Position numbers and translations under genes: made by a program
Assembly (NCBI RefSeq): GCF_004010195.1
Contig: NC_057711.1
Location: forward strand, 83,251,623 to 83,315,622
Origin: Chiloscyllium plagiosum
Taxonomy: Eukaryota
Length of the DNA stretch: 64,000 bases
Direction of reading: 5' to 3'
Notes under the pieces: model-generated
Seen by the model: the letters and a program-made list of their open reading frames with translations, nothing else
The model's database searches: none
What the model was told of the DNA's origin: nothing
Shown: piece after piece, positions 25,691 through 40,128 of the stretch
Numbering within the stretch: position 1 is the first letter of the stretch
Layout of the letters: each line of letters begins with the position of its first letter

Positions 25691-27483
25691 TTATAATTCT
25701 ATAATGGTTCTACTACCTTGACCTTCTTGATGAGGGATGTTTATTTGTTGAATTTATTGTGAGCCTCAATCTTCAGCTAGGAATAATTTTAAGTTAATGT
25801 TACCAGCTGTAGATTTGGTTAAAATTAATTGATCCCCCCTCCTGGGAGTAATTGGAGTTAAACTAAATCTCATAATAAATTGTACTTCCTAGATATATTG
25901 TGGCAGAATAAACCTCACTGAGGTAACCATTCTCAGTGCTTAGAATTCCCCATTTTAGAATTCCAGAGATGCTTAGACTCCTCATGTGTACATAAGGATC
26001 ACTCAATCTGTCCTTAAATCCTGGATTATATTGTAGTAATGGTTATAATGTTATGAAATATAAAATTATTAAAATTGTCGATTTAATTAGAAACAAATGT
26101 CTCTAGGTTCTTGATTGTCTAGGGAATCAAAGGTTACAAGGAGAAAGCAGGAGAATGGAGTTTAAAAAATATTATCAGCCATGATATAATGGCAGAGCAT
26201 ACTCAATGGGCTGAATGGTCTAATTTCTGCTCTTTTGTTGTTTGGTCTTATGGTTTATGCCAGTACACCTAGAAAGAATTGTGAAGAAACAATATTGAGA
26301 AACGAATGTGAAGTATTCCAATTTACTTAGAAGTGCGAAGTGACTTAAGTGTAGGAAATTCAAACAAATAAAATAATAAGATTATACTCATGAAGAATAA
26401 ATTGCAACTTTTGTCGTGTCTCAGCTGTGAGGCAATTTTATCTCAGGCTGTTACTCCCTGTCTGGTCAGCAATGCCCATGTTTGATTTTCAGGATTCCCA
26501 GAGGCTAGATTTAAATAACATTTCTTGCTTTGGGGGAGCATTTTACCACTGTATTTTAAAAATTATTCAAGACTAAATAGTATTTGCTAGTCCATGTGCT
26601 TTGCAGCTTGTCTTAAGGCTCTTGGTTCAAATAAAACAGCTTCAAGGTCTTGAGCAAAGCTGTTTACTGCTTTGCTTTTGGCAAACATTCAAATTCTGTA
26701 TTGGTTGGTTTAAATGCGTAACATTTTAAGAAGAAAAGTACATACAATAAAAACAATCAGAAAAAACAGGAGATCAGCTTTATGGATCAAATAGAATGAA
26801 AATAATATTTTAACAATAAATGTTGGATAAAATTTGATAATAAAAGCTTGAGACCTTTGTTCGATCAACAGTAACAGTGAAATTTTAAAGTAAGCTGTTC
26901 AGAAAAGCATGTGGTCCGAGGTCTCTGATGTATTCAAACTTCTTGTCCATAGTTTCTTGCATGATTTTGTTGCATCCTAACTCTCAGTTCTCTTCAAGCC
27001 TCATACTGTCTTCTGATGTTATATTCTTCTGACCAGCCTTCTTGCCACAATCCTGGAATCAAGGACAGTGTGAGTGTAAGCCAGTTCTTCCATACCCTCT
27101 TCAGGGCTGTCTTATAACCTCAACCCACCAATATTTCAAATATGATGGCATGTGAAAAATATTCTATCTGAATAGCCTGTAATTCATCATCCAAAATTAA
27201 AGGTTGTATAGTTAAGATCATCTTCACTGAAATATAAACTGATATCCTCAACAATCAGTAGTATTATCCAAAGGTAAGGTTCTACAACTCCAAATTTGCA
27301 TGTGTTGTTATGACTTTAACTTGCAGTGTGGTACATTTGAATTGATAGTGTAAACAGGTAATTATGAGCTGACAGCCAATTTTACATCTTTCTTGATTTG
27401 TATTTCCGTACACTTCAATGGAAGCAAAACGTGAAAGAGATATAAACTATACAATTGACTTGATTACCTGTTATATCATTGAC

Positions 27484-27992
27484 AAATAGACAATAGACAA
27501 TAGACAATAGGTGCAGGAGTAGGCCATTCAGCCCTTCGAGCCTGCACCGCCATTCAATATAATCATGGCTGATCATTCCTAATCAGTATCCTGTTCCTGC
27601 CTTATCTCCATAACCCTTGCAAGCCTAGTCGCTTCAGTCTTTCAGTGTAAGGTAATCCTGCCATTCCAGGAATTGATCTCGTGAACCTACGCTGGACTCC
27701 CTCAATAGCCAGAATGTCTTTTCTCAAATTTGGAGACCAGAACTGCACACAGTACTCCAGGTGTGGTCTCACCAGGGCCCTGTACAGCTGCAGAAGCAGC
27801 TCTTTGCTTCTATATTCAATTCCTCTTGTTATGAAGGCCAGCATGCTATTAGCCTTCTTCACTACCTGCTGTACCTGCATGCTTGCCTTCATTGACTGGT
27901 GTACAAGAACACCCAGATCTCTCTGTACTGCCCCTTTACATAAATTGATTCCATTGAGGTAGTAGTCTGCCTTCCTGTTCTTGCTACCAATA
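27484..27992 (-). mobile_element. CR1 LINE 3' fragment with (ACAATAG)n tail and internal deletion
   Basis: RDLGVLVH...LYRALVRPHLEYCVQFWSP. Confidence 0.92.
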
Positions 27993-28294
27993 GTCAAGAT
28001 GACATAAGTATGTCTAATTTATCAACTTATATTTTAAAGAAGAAGATAAAATAAGACAATTATACAGAAAAAGAAACCATCAGGTCTAATGCATCTGGCC
28101 TATCTAACTACTCTTTACCCTGCTAATGTTTTCACTTTGGGTATTTACCCGGTTCCCTTTCAAATATTCCTAAATCTACTTCTACCACACTTTGAGGTAG
28201 CCTGTTCCAGATCATATGTTCCTTATATCATCTTTGATTCATTTGCCAATTACTCCAATTACATTTAAAAAAATCTTAAATCTGTGTCAAATAA

Positions 28295-28425
28295 AGGCAA
28301 AATATTGCAAATGCTGGAAATCGGAAACAAACACATAGAATGTTGGAGAAGCTCAGCAGGTCTGGCTGCATCTGCGGACAGAGAGGAATAGTGTTGATGA
28401 TTTGAGTCCAGTGTGATTATTCAGG
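28295..28425 (-). mobile_element. Diverged PLE-type terminal repeat (related copies at 38212-38330 and 61680-61900)
   Basis: tgctggaaatcggaaac...ctcagcaggtctggctgcatctg shared among the copies and similar to family A. Confidence 0.6.
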
Positions 28426-29189
28426 GATTTGGGGTCTCATCTGGTTACCAATGTCTCTGCTGCTGGAAACAAATTATTAATAATTTGAACACTTAATTAA
28501 TCTCCATTTAACAAAAATAACCAGTTTACTCCTGGGGTCAGCATTGGGTATAGCCAGGACCTGCAGGAGGCATGAGAAATCACAGAATGAGGTAGACCAG
28601 TGGTATTGGTTGGGTAACATTTGCCAACTTTTGGTAGCTGCTGAGGCAGTCTAAAGATGTAGCCAGACAATTTTTCTGCTCTTCTGGTGGCTGTAGCTTC
28701 TGCTTTGTTCTTTTAGAGCATCTGGATGGTCAGAATTGGTAGTCAAGGTTCAAAACTTGCAAGTTGGCTAGAAAGAGAGGTAGAGATCCACACAAGAGTT
28801 TTGCATCTTTAGTGGCCCATGGGTCTATCCTGATCAGCAGTAGAAACAATTGCTTAAACATGTAAATGGCAAGTTGACTTGTAACATTGGGCTGAATTTC
28901 ACCCAAATTCAGCTAAGTGTCAATTTCAGAGAGTTTCATGGAGGTTTTCCCTCCCTGAATTTTAATGAGTTATCTCATGCAATTCTCTGCTTCTGACTTC
29001 AGTATATTTGCATCAAGTATCATGGTACTTCTCTCATGCCATTTTGAGCTCACCAGCGATGGAAATATGTAGCACTTTTGAGACCTTCTGGGATTCCTAT
29101 TTTTTTATGCCATAAGTTCCAGGTGTGCAATCAACCATGAATAGCCCTTCACAGCACACAAATTGAGAGGGAAACATAAAAAGAACACA

Positions 29190-31425
29190 TTGTGAAGGTA
29201 GGTAGGTACATATAAATGGGTAGAAGTCTCTGGCAGCAGTAGTCTATAGGCTGCCTAACAGTCACTATATGGTGGGATAACGAATAAATCAAGAATTAAT
29301 GAAAGTGTGTAACAAAGGCAGTACATTAAGCATGGGTAACTTCTATCTTAATGCAGATTGCGAAATCAAATTGACAAAGGTAGTCGTGTGGAAGAATTCA
29401 GAGAGTGTAATTATGATAGTTGCCTGGAACAATGTTTTGGATTCAACTAGGGATTAGGCTATTTTAGATGTAGTGATGTAAAATGTGGCAGATTTAATAA
29501 ATGATCTCAGAGTAAAAGATCCCCAAGAAAGCAGTAACCATAACATGGTAGACTTTAGCATTCAGTTTGAAAGCAAAAAACTCGGGTTGGAAGCAAAAGT
29601 GCTAAGCACAAGTAAAGGTAATTACAACAGAATGAGGACACAGTTGGCTGGAATGGACTAGGAAAGGGGTTTAGCAGTAAAGACAGTTGAAGAACAATGG
29701 CAAATGTTTAAGAAATAGTTCATAGCTCAGAGCAAAGACATATCTCAGTGAGGAACAGTGATTCTGGAAAGAGGATAAGTCAACAATGATTAACCAGGGA
29801 AGTTAAAGATATCATCAGACTGAAATAATGTGCCAAAAATTAGTGGTAAGCCAGAGGATTGGTAAAGCTTTTTGTTAATCAACAGGAGATGATCTAATAA
29901 AGAAGAGGGAAATGGTAAACTTTGAAGAATGAGATTGAGGATACAGAAACAATAATGTGTAGCCAGCAACAGCAGAGGGGTTGAACAGAAACTTTGCTAC
30001 AGTCTTTGCAATAAAAGGCAATAATGGCATTTTAAAAACGCTAAATAATCAAGGGGCAAAAATGGGAGAGGGCTGCAACAATTTTAGGAGGCAGCTCACC
30101 ACCACCTTCTCAAAAGTAACTAGGGACAGACAATAAATGCTGGCCAGCTAGCAACGCCCACATTGCTATTTAAAAAAACTACAATAGCTATATTAGAGAA
30201 AAAATTGGGCATCCTAGGATATTAAGGAAAGTAGCTATGGTGTTAGTGAATGCACTGGTAGTAATCTTCCAGGAATCCTTAGATTCTGAAAAACTCCCTG
30301 AGGATTGGAAAACTTACAAAGTGACAACCTTATTTAAAAAGATGAGATAAAAAAATTGGTAACTATCGGCAAGTTAGAGTAACATCTATTATTGCTGAAA
30401 ATGTGTTGCTGGAAAAGCGCAGCAGGTCAGGCAGCATCCAGGGAACAGGAGAATCGACGTTTCGGGCATAAGCCCTTCTTCAGCAACACATTTTCAGCTC
30501 TAATCTCCAGCATCTGCAGACCTCACTTTCTCCTCTAACATCTATTATTATATGTTTACAACATATCAACAACTTGAATGAGGAAAGTGAATAGAATGTA
30601 GTCTAGTTTTTAACTTTCACAAAATTAGGTGGAAAAGCAAGTGATGAGGATGACGCAAAGAGTCTACAGAAGTATATAGATATGTTAAGCAAGTAGGCTA
30701 AAACTTGACAGATAGAATATAATATGGGAAATGAGAGATTGTGCACTTTGACAGGAATAATACAGGAGCTGAATATTATTCAAATTGAGAAAGACTGCTG
30801 AAACATACAGAACAGAGGGATTTGTGAGTCTTTGTGCATGAATCACAAAAAAAAATTGCATCTGAGATCAGTGGGAATTGGGAAAGCAAATGCAATGTTT
30901 GCCTTTATTTCAAAAGGGGATAAATCTGCGGAAGTTTTGCTAAAACTATACAAAACACCAGTTAGACAATCTGTAGCCTTATGCCTTAATGCTAGTATGA
31001 TCACAATTTGAATACTGTGAACAGTTTTAGTTCCCTTATCTATGGAAAGATATACTCGTGATGGAGGCAGTCCAGGGAATGACATCAAGTATGAACGGAC
31101 TGTCTTATGAGGAGAGGTTAAATTGGTAGGGCCTGTACTAATTGGAATTTAGATGAAACCTTATTGAAACAGAGGAGAGGAGGAATTTCTTCTCCCAATG
31201 AATAGTCAATCTGTGTAATTCTTTAGTACAGCAAGCTGGAGAGGCTGGGTTGCAATGTATATTCAAGGCTGAGATTGACTTATCTTTAATTAGGAAGTAG
31301 ATCAAGGGTTCTGGGGAAAACTCGGGAAATTGGATTTTAAGGTTATCAAGTTAGCTATGATCTCATTGACTGGTGATGCAGACTTTATGGGCCGCATGGT
31401 CTGCTTCTTATTGTCTATGGTCTAA
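29190..31425 (+). mobile_element. Decayed CR1 LINE ORF2 with nested insertions
   Basis: APE remnants; PEDWK...LFKK-like text near 30295-30345; RT C-terminal remnants and tail. Confidence 0.75.
30394..30535. mobile_element. Miniature family A element with an intact minus-strand hammerhead core
   Basis: TSD taacatctattatt at 30380-30393 and 30536-30549; reverse complement CTGAAGAAGGGCTTATGCCCGAAACGTC at about 30456-30483. Confidence 0.88.
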
Positions 31426-32409
31426 GCCTGACGAGGAGTCAGGAAAATTCTGAAAAGGAAGTGTAAAATGTTTCAACACTTCCAAACATCATTATTAGAT
31501 GCAGTATTGTATTATAGATATGTTTTTGATACAGTGATTCATCACAGAGATCCTCCGAAGCAAATTGATTCTCATAATGACAAGCAATGTATAATTGGTG
31601 ACATACGTGATACTATTTTGCCAATTCTCAGAAATGTCATAATGCATTAAAATATAAAAAAACGTAGTAAGCAACGTGGTTATTTTTTCTTTTTTTCATT
31701 GTAAAATAATATAATAAATAATATTATCATTTTCCACGTGATAACAGTATTTTAATGTGGTCAGAAAATCAGCAGAGCTACAAACAGATGATTTTTGTGG
31801 TCACTTACAATCCTGGACAGAAATCATAGATGAGGGCAGATTAGTGTTGGCCAGTAAGGGTTGGCTTGAATTTCTTGCCTTTTGATTCTCACTGTTATGA
31901 TTTATGCAAGAATTAATCCCAAATTGGGTGGGGTAGAAGAGATAGCAATGAATTACTCCTTAGTTAAGTGTTAACTCCTTTATGAGTGAGTAGGCACAAA
32001 GAAATTTGATAAGAAAAACTAGAAGTAAAAATATAATTGGATAGCAATTATTAGAATTTCAATGGCCATTCCTTCTGCGCCTGGTAACCTGTCATTTGGG
32101 CTGTTACATTTTCAATATGTTCTGGTTTTCACTTGATTGCTGGTAACTCATACGCCACTGTCCCATCCATTATTTTATGATAACATATAGGGGCCATGAC
32201 CTGTGATTGCCTTTTAGCATAAACATCTATCAAATAATAACCATTGACAGTTTTACAGCTACTGGATGATTTGATAAGCATGAACATTTTATAAGTACAT
32301 TCCTGTTAAACTGGAAAGTGGCTAATTAAAATCACAGTGTCCTGTTTTGGCAGCCTGACTGGGCTGTGAAGCAACACTGCCATGGAATTTGGGGCAATAA
32401 ACTGCAATA

Positions 32410-32586
32410 TTAGATTAGATTAGATTCCCTACAGTGTGGAAACAGGCCCTTCAGCCCAACCAGTCCACACCGACCCTCCAAAGAGTAACCCACCCAGACC
32501 TATTTCCCTCTGACAAATGCATCTAACACTATGGGCAATTTGGCATAGCCAATTCACCTGACCTGCACAGCTTTGGACTGTGGGAT
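32410..32586 (-). mobile_element. HE1 SINE 3' half
   Basis: (TTAGA)n tail and reverse-complement SINE body. Confidence 0.88.
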
Positions 32587-33950
32587 TTTTTGGCTGCCAA
32601 ATGTGCCCTTAGAACTCCAAAATCACATGCATCTGTGCACAGAATTTTAGAGTGAGTCAAGCTGAAAGCCATTCATATGCAGTTAATACCTGCCAGAAAT
32701 ATGAAATTGAGCTTGCAACACTGATTTGATACCAATGGTGCCACCTTGAATCTCAATGCTCCATCTCACCATAGACAATCAAATGCATGTTCAGCCAGAA
32801 AAAGGAACTCCCATCTTCACTATTTAAAAAGATCATCAGCTACTTGTAGGTTAATTGCTGGTTGGTTTTCTCTGGTTGTTACTTCAATTCTGCAAATATT
32901 TGAAGGTTTGTATTGTTTTAAATTGCAATAATCTACAGAGAATGATGTGGCAGTTATTATAGGATTTTATGCTGGTTGCAGGGCTTCTATATGAAACAGT
33001 TGCACTCAGACATGAATTTGAAAGCTGCCATTCCTCTTTGGATACATCCTGACAGGGAGAGTGAACAGTTGCCACTTGGAGTGGGACATGCAGTCCCTGT
33101 CCACACTGGTTAGCAGCAGCTTCCAATTGTGCACAACCATGTCTTGTAAGAAGGAATGAAGTATTTCAGAGAGGGTGAGTGAAAAGCTGGAAATATATAT
33201 CCTTTGAGATGTAGATGTGAGCTGTGTGGAGTGTGACTATTAATGTTAAACAAGTCTGCTGATTGGCAGAGATTATGGGTAGGTGGGTGATGAGAATCTG
33301 GTAAATTGAGCAGGAGGGCAACTGATGGTGCATTTGGCAGGGTTTGACATTTGAAGATGTATTCATTGACCTTGACGACTTGTGTGTGGACTTCAGGCAA
33401 TATCGCATACAGTGCCTTCGGGCTTGATTCATGTTATGTATCAACTAATTCTCTGCTTCCGCTACCCTTTGGTTGTTTGTCTGGAGGGCCTCCAGGTCTC
33501 CTGCAAATACAAGTTATCAGTTTCTTGGTCAAGGCCTCTAGCACAACCTTTGAAGTCTTGAAAGCATCACTGTTTCAACTGTGGCCTTCTTCAGAAGTCA
33601 CCTCTGAAAGAACTCCCAGTACCTGCTGCAGCCACATTGCAGTTCAACTTTAAGCAGTACAGCCCAGCCGCTGCTCACCATATGCCCTCCCATCCACTGA
33701 TGGCAATCAACAACCTGGTTAACACTGAAATTCTTGAAATAAGCAGGCAACATGAAGTTAGTATGCTTGTAATTTAATAATTTTAGTTTAGAAATTTCTG
33801 AATACTTTTGGGGAAACAAAGCTTTCCAATTGCTGCAATTGAATTAAAATATTTTATGACTACTAAGTGAGTGAATGACTGGTGCAACACTTCAGCAGTT
33901 AAATCTTCTTGTGTGTAGTTCCTCCTTGCAATAGATTAATACTGTTTTGC

Positions 33951-34637
33951 TGTGTGACGCTGGAAAAGCACAGCAGGTCAGGCAGTATCCGAGGAGCAGG
34001 AGAGTCGATGTTTTGAGCATAAGCTCTTCATCAGGGATGTGAGGGTCAGGGAAAGGGGGCTGAGATATAAATAGGAGGGGGTTGGGGCTGGGAGGAAGGT
34101 AGCTTGGTAAGTAAGAGGAAGATGCAGGTTGGGGGGGTGATGGTGATAGGTCGGACTGGAGGGTGAAGCGGATAGGTGGGAAGGAAGCCACCGGATGTCT
34201 GGAGAAAGAATGCCTTATCTTCCACCTTGGGACCCTCCAATCACACGACATCAACGTCGATTTCACCAGTTTGGTCATCTCCCCTCCTCCGATCGTATCC
34301 CAGATCCAACCCTCCAATACGGCACTGCCCTCTTGAACTGTCCTACCAGTCCATCTTCCTTCCAAACTATCCACTCTACCCTCCGCTCTGAACTATCGCC
34401 ATTACCCCTCCATCTGCATCTACCTATCACTTTCCAAATTACTTTCCCCTAGCCCCACCCTCCTTCCTATTTATCTCTCATCCCCTTTCACTGCCTCCCC
34501 ACCTCACATTCCTGATGAAGGGCTTATGCCCAAAACGTCGACTCTCCTGCTCCTCAGATACTGCCTGACCTGCTGTGCATTTCCAGTGCCACACTCTTGA
34601 CTCTGACTCTCCAGTATTTGCAGTCCTCACTTTCTCC
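33951..34637 (+). mobile_element. Longer family A Penelope copy: inverted terminal repeat, GIY-YIG C-terminus, full terminal repeat
   Basis: 34195-34270 encodes CLEKECLIFHLGTLQSHDINVDF, like the PLE C-terminus; hammerhead-like motifs at about 34005-34034 (-) and 34512-34545 (+). Confidence 0.85.
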
Positions 34638-35267
34638 TGTTGTCCTGCCCTAAACTGTCTCTTTCAGAGATCATAAAATAAATTGTGTCTGCTTAATAGG
34701 AGAAGCTTGGCCTTCTAAATAGTACAACTTAAAAAATAAAAAGATGCTTTCTGGCTAAACATAGGTTTATTGGGTTGGTGGGTCAGAGTTGTGGTAGTGT
34801 GGAGTTTATAAATAGTAGATGACTTGGTACCATAAAATAGATTATTATATTGAAATTACATTGTGTATTAAATTAGAATTATGCAATATATTTAGACATA
34901 ATCACTTGACCTATTAGTTTACGAGAAATTAAATTATAAAAATAAATCAACATCGAAATAAATAGATAAAATAATGTCAAATAACTGTGCTTAGTGTTTA
35001 TACAATGATATCAAGGATCATGATTACGCACTATGTCCAAAACTATATTGGTGCTCTAATGGCTTTTTGCTTTCAGCATGTGTGCATATTGGGGTGACGT
35101 GTTCATTATCTGCCCAATTATGGCTACACTACTGTTTCCCGCTGAACCTTGGGTCATTCTACAATATCTGTACCAAAGCTACTGAAGCTCATCCTAATAA
35201 TGAGCTGCTCCATCTGTATGGTGGGCCAGAGGTCTGACCAGAATCTCTTAGTTTTTATTTTTCCTAG

Positions 35268-36110
35268 TGAAAACTCACACAACAGCAGGTTATAGTCCAA
35301 CAGGTTTACTTGGAAGCACTAGCTTTCTGAGCGCTGCTCCTTCTTCTTGTGGTTGTGGAGTATAAGGTCATAGGACACAGAATTTATAGCAAAAATTTAC
35401 AGTGTGACGTAACTGAAATTATGCATTGTAAAAGACTTGGATTATTTGTTAAATTTCTCATCTTTTAGAATGGGCATGTTGGTTTCAATTCTTTCATATG
35501 TAAATTCCAGAATTTTCTTAAAGTTACATTCTCAAGTGAACTTTAACAATAGGTGCCATGTTGGCCCAGATAATGCATTGAAGGTGTAAGGTGCCCTGTG
35601 TGAGGCTGTCTGTGCCCCAATGTTCAGACTGATTCCAATCCAAAAAAAAGGATTGACAGAATCTTACATGGATTCATGCAGTTTTTGAGCAAAATAAAAT
35701 GTAATTCTGCAAGTACAAATTCACCCCACAAATGTGTGTGTGTGTGTGTGTAGGGGGGTATGAGTGTCTGTGAGAGAGTGTGTGTGTGTGTGTAAGGGGA
35801 TATATAAGTCTGTGAGAGGGTGCATGTCTGAGTATGGGAGTGTATGTGTGAGCATATGAGAGAGAGCTTGTGTATGAGAGAGGGTCTGCAAGAGTGTATG
35901 AGATCGACAACATTGACCGAGTCGCATGAGTACCTGACGTGTACACGGTGGGAGGTGTCCCCACATGTAATGGTGGTATCTATGTCGACACTCTGACACG
36001 CCTTGCAGCGTCTACAGTGACAAGGTTGTATGGTGTTGTCCTGAAAGCCGGGCAGTTTGCTGCGAACAATGATCCGTCTGAGGTTTGGTGCCTTATTTTT
36101 CCTGATAAAC
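35268..36110 (-). mobile_element. Penelope-like element family B, truncated
   Basis: PNLRRIIVRSKLP...PCHCRRCKAC...YSCDSVNVV; (TG)n-rich 3' region; terminal repeat at 35268. Confidence 0.87.
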
Positions 36111-39100
36111 ACCATTCTTTAGTTTTGTCTCTGCTTTTTTAAAAAATAATTTTAAATGCTGTAACTTTAGACGCCAAATGAGGTCAGATTTTCTTGCACT
36201 CATGAAATCTGCTTGGAACCATATTTCCTTGTATGTCTTGTAATGAGACTAAAATGAGGTTGCAGTAGGAATTTGACAGTCATTATGTTTCTGCCAGTTA
36301 CAATCTGGTTATTTTGAAGCTATGAAGACACAAAATCATCTTGAAATGTAGGGAGTGCAAGTGCTAGGGCAATTCTCACACTTTCACATTTCCAGCAGAA
36401 AACATAGGATTAGCCTTGCAATTTTTTACAATGCTTCAGTTGAAGAAGTGAACTTGCTATTTTGGCTGGGAAGTAGAAGGAGAAAGAACCAACTCCTGAT
36501 GAGTATTCAGGGATCCTTCCAGAAAGGAATACATGACATCAGGAGGGCACATGTGTTTGTCACACTCAAATAGTACATTGATATTCTGCCTAGACTTGTG
36601 TGAGGAATGGAAAATCGGGGAAGGCATTAGAAAATTGTTGCTCCTATGGAATTGCATCACAGGGCTCTGAGGTGAGAAGCCTAGTGACAGTAGAGAAATG
36701 TGAGATAAAGGAATATGATCTTGGCAACTAGTAAAATGTGGAGCAATGTTTTGGTACAGAAGATCAATACTATGTGACAGAGTGATTGCTCATTTTGACA
36801 TTGACAAACAATTAAGCGACCCCATTTAATCAGAATGGCACAGTACTTGTACAATCTTTCCAAAATTAGCATTTGATTTATGTTTTATAATTCTAGATAA
36901 TCAATGTAATACATTTTTGGTAAACAATGATTAATGTATTTTCAAAATTGCAATTTCTCAATGCCATTAACTTCTTTGAAATCAGTTGTTTGCTAATTAG
37001 CACTCTCAATAACTATCAAAATCCAAAACTAATCTTGGTTAAGCCCTTAGTAATATACAAGCAACATTTTCCCAACTGGAGGTATCAGTGAAGTTGAACA
37101 GGACTGTACAACTGGCTAATCAAGATTAACAGAGGAGTAAAGACAGGATCAAACATATTTCAAAGTTGGCGCATTTGTCCCTGATGGAGCTATTGTGAAC
37201 CACCAATCTGATCACTCGTAAGTGTGATAATGGCTGGACTACCAGGCATCTATACTCTCCTACTAGAATACTAGGACATAAAGAACCAGTACCACCTACC
37301 AGAATGTTAAATCACAAGTATTCGATAAACCAGCATTAACAAGAACCAAAGATCAAAATTTGTTTTGAAAAACAATAGCATCAAATCAAATTTGGGAACA
37401 AAGGATGGAACCTTCTGGTGTGGTTGAGCAATGGCAAGAAAATGGGAAAATACAGAGAAAATGAAAAGCAAATTAGCATTTTGACAGCAACAAAAAAAAA
37501 GTTACAATTTTCCACATTAGCCTTAAATGATGACTTCACTGAGTGGCCTCTGACTGGACTTTGGTTGGCCTCTTGCCTGGCAGAATGTCTGGCCAAGGGT
37601 CTCGATTCCACTGCAAACCTGCCAATGGCCTCACCAATGCTCGATTACTGTGGCTTTTGCAGGTCTCCTGTGGAAGAGACAGCTGGCAGGCAAGAACCAG
37701 ATGCAATAAAAGGTTCTGCCCACAGTCTCTAATTGGTCCTAACATTCCCTTAATTACACCTTTCACTCTTGATCTTTTTATACAATAGCTTTCAGGTTTC
37801 TCTTGACTTGACTTGCCAATATTTTGTTAGGTCCTCACTTTGATTTCCTCTCTTTCATTTCACTCCTTCATTTTCGATGTTGCTCTGAGCTTTTGCCAGA
37901 ATTGAGCTTTTGTTATCTGCCATTGCCTTTTTTGTGCTTTATCCCACTTTGGTGCTCTGTAACCTTTAATCGAATGGAGATTAGCAAATCCATCCTATTT
38001 CTTTGTCGGATTCATATTGATCCTGAATCCTCTTTACTTTCGCCTTGAATACTTCCAACTGCTCTTATTGATTGACCTGTGATAATTGTTTCCAGACCAT
38101 ATTTGCCAAATCATATCTCACTTTCATAAACTTAGTCTTGCCTCAGTATAAAATTCAATTCATGGTTCATCTTTAGCTTCTACCATTACTAACCTCAAAC
38201 TAATTGAACTAGAAAAACAGAATGCTGCAGATGCTGGAGATTTGAAATAAAGTTAGAAAATGCTGAAGAAACTCAGCTGCTCTGGCAGTGTTTGTGGAGA
38301 GAGAAACAGTTAATGTTTCACATCCAGTACGTTGGTCTTTGGAATTGAGAATCAACACTTTTCTCTAACACAGTATAAGTATTGTTTTTTCCTTAGCAAT
38401 GGTAATTCCATTAATTGTCGTGATAAGTGCAAGATACAAAATTTTGACAAAATATCTTTTTTTTCTGCAATAAATAAGCATAGAATAGATACTTTTTGTC
38501 AGTTTTCATTGTGGTAGACGCAAAGCTCATTCCAAGGTGAGTTGAAATTTGAGGTGGAAAAGGGGGGTAGTATTTAAAGCAATCTCAATCCCGAAGGAAT
38601 GATACTGGGAATAAAAATAAGGGTAAAGATTGACAAGTCTCCAAGATCTGATGACCTGTATTCAGTGTCTTAAAAGAAAGAGTAGAGTTAGTGGATGCAA
38701 TATTTAAAACTGCCCTTGATTCTGAATAGTTCCTTACTGATTGGAAAGCTTAAAGTTCTCTGTTCAAGAAAGATGGTAGACAGAATGCAGGAAACAATAG
38801 CCCAGTCAGCTTAACATCGAACCCTGTGAAAATGCTAAAATCCATAATTAAGGAGGTAATAGTAGGACATTTTGAAAATCATCATGTAATATGCCAGAGT
38901 CAACATGGTTTTGTGAAAGTGAAATTGTGCTTGACAAAATTATGATAATTTTTTGACAAAATAAAGAGTGACTCATGACGAATCAGTAATTATAATGTAC
39001 TTGGATTTCCAAAGGGCAATTGATACAATGCAGCATAAAAGATGAAAATGCAAGATAAGCGTTCATAGTGTTCGGGTAATGTATTAGTATGAATGGAAAT

Positions 39101-39149
39101 TTGGTTGGCCAACAGGAAGCGGAGAGTTGTGTTACCGAAGTTTTTTTCA

Positions 39150-39804
39150 AAGTTAAAAATCGCACACCATCAGGTTATAGTCCAACAGGTTTATTTGGAC
39201 CCACTAGCTTTCAGAGCGCTGCTCCTTCATCAGGTGATTGTGGAGTATAATATCATAAGACACAGAATTTATAGCAAAAGTTTACAGTGTGATGTAACTG
39301 AAATAATATATTGAAAAAGACCTGGATTGTTTGTTGAGTCTCTCATTTTTTAGAATGACCATGTTAGTTTCAGTTCTTTCATATATAAATCCCACTTTTT
39401 AAAAAGGTACATTCTCAAGTGAACTTTAACCATAGGTGCCATGTCGGTTCAGATAGTGCATTGAAGGTGTGGGGTGCATGTATGAGGCTGTCTGTGCCCC
39501 AACGTTCAGATTGATTCTATTTCTAAAAAAGGGTTTACAGAATCTTACATGGATTCATGCAGTTTTTGAGCAAAATAAAATGTAATTCTGCAAGTACAAA
39601 TTCAGCCCACAAACTTATATGTATGCGTGCATGTGGGTGTGTGCGCATGTGTGCGGGGTGGTGTGAGTGTCTGTGAGAGAGTGTGTGCATGGATAAAAGT
39701 CTGTGAGAGGGTGCATGTGCGGGTGTGAATGTGGGGCGTATATGTGTGAGCAGATGAGAAAGAGCTTGTCTATGAGAGAGGGTCTGCGTGAGTGTATGGA
39801 GGAA

Positions 39805-39836
<32 letters not shown>

Positions 39837-40128
39837 GAGTGGGGTCACCTGTAGTGTGACATGAACCCAAGGTCACCAGTTGAGGCCATCCCCATGGGTA
39901 CTGAACTTGGCTATCAGCCTCTGCTTGGCTACTTTGTGCTATTGCCTCACCCAAAGGTCACCTTGGAGGATAGTCATCCGAAGGTCCGAGGTCGTATGTC
40001 CCTGACCGCTGAAGTGTTCTCCGACTGGGAAGGAACACTCCTGTCTGTTGTTTGTTGTGCATTCATCCATTGCCGTAGCCTCTGCTCAGTCTCGCCAATG
40101 TATCATGCCTCAGGGCACTCTTGCCTGG
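39150..40128 (-). mobile_element. Penelope-like element family B 3' part
   Basis: Same terminal repeat as 35268 and 48655; GIY-YIG C-terminal remnants 39850-40128. Confidence 0.87.
39202..39236 (-). ncRNA. Minimal type I hammerhead ribozyme motif (family B)
   Basis: Reverse complement: cac-CTGATGA-a-ggagc-agc-gctct-GAAA-g-CTA-gtg; stem I cac/gtg; palindromic AGCT in place of stem III. Confidence 0.75.

Noticed and set aside
32870..33450. Possible Harbinger remnant
   Set aside because: Motif hints fall on conflicting strands; not supportable by eye.
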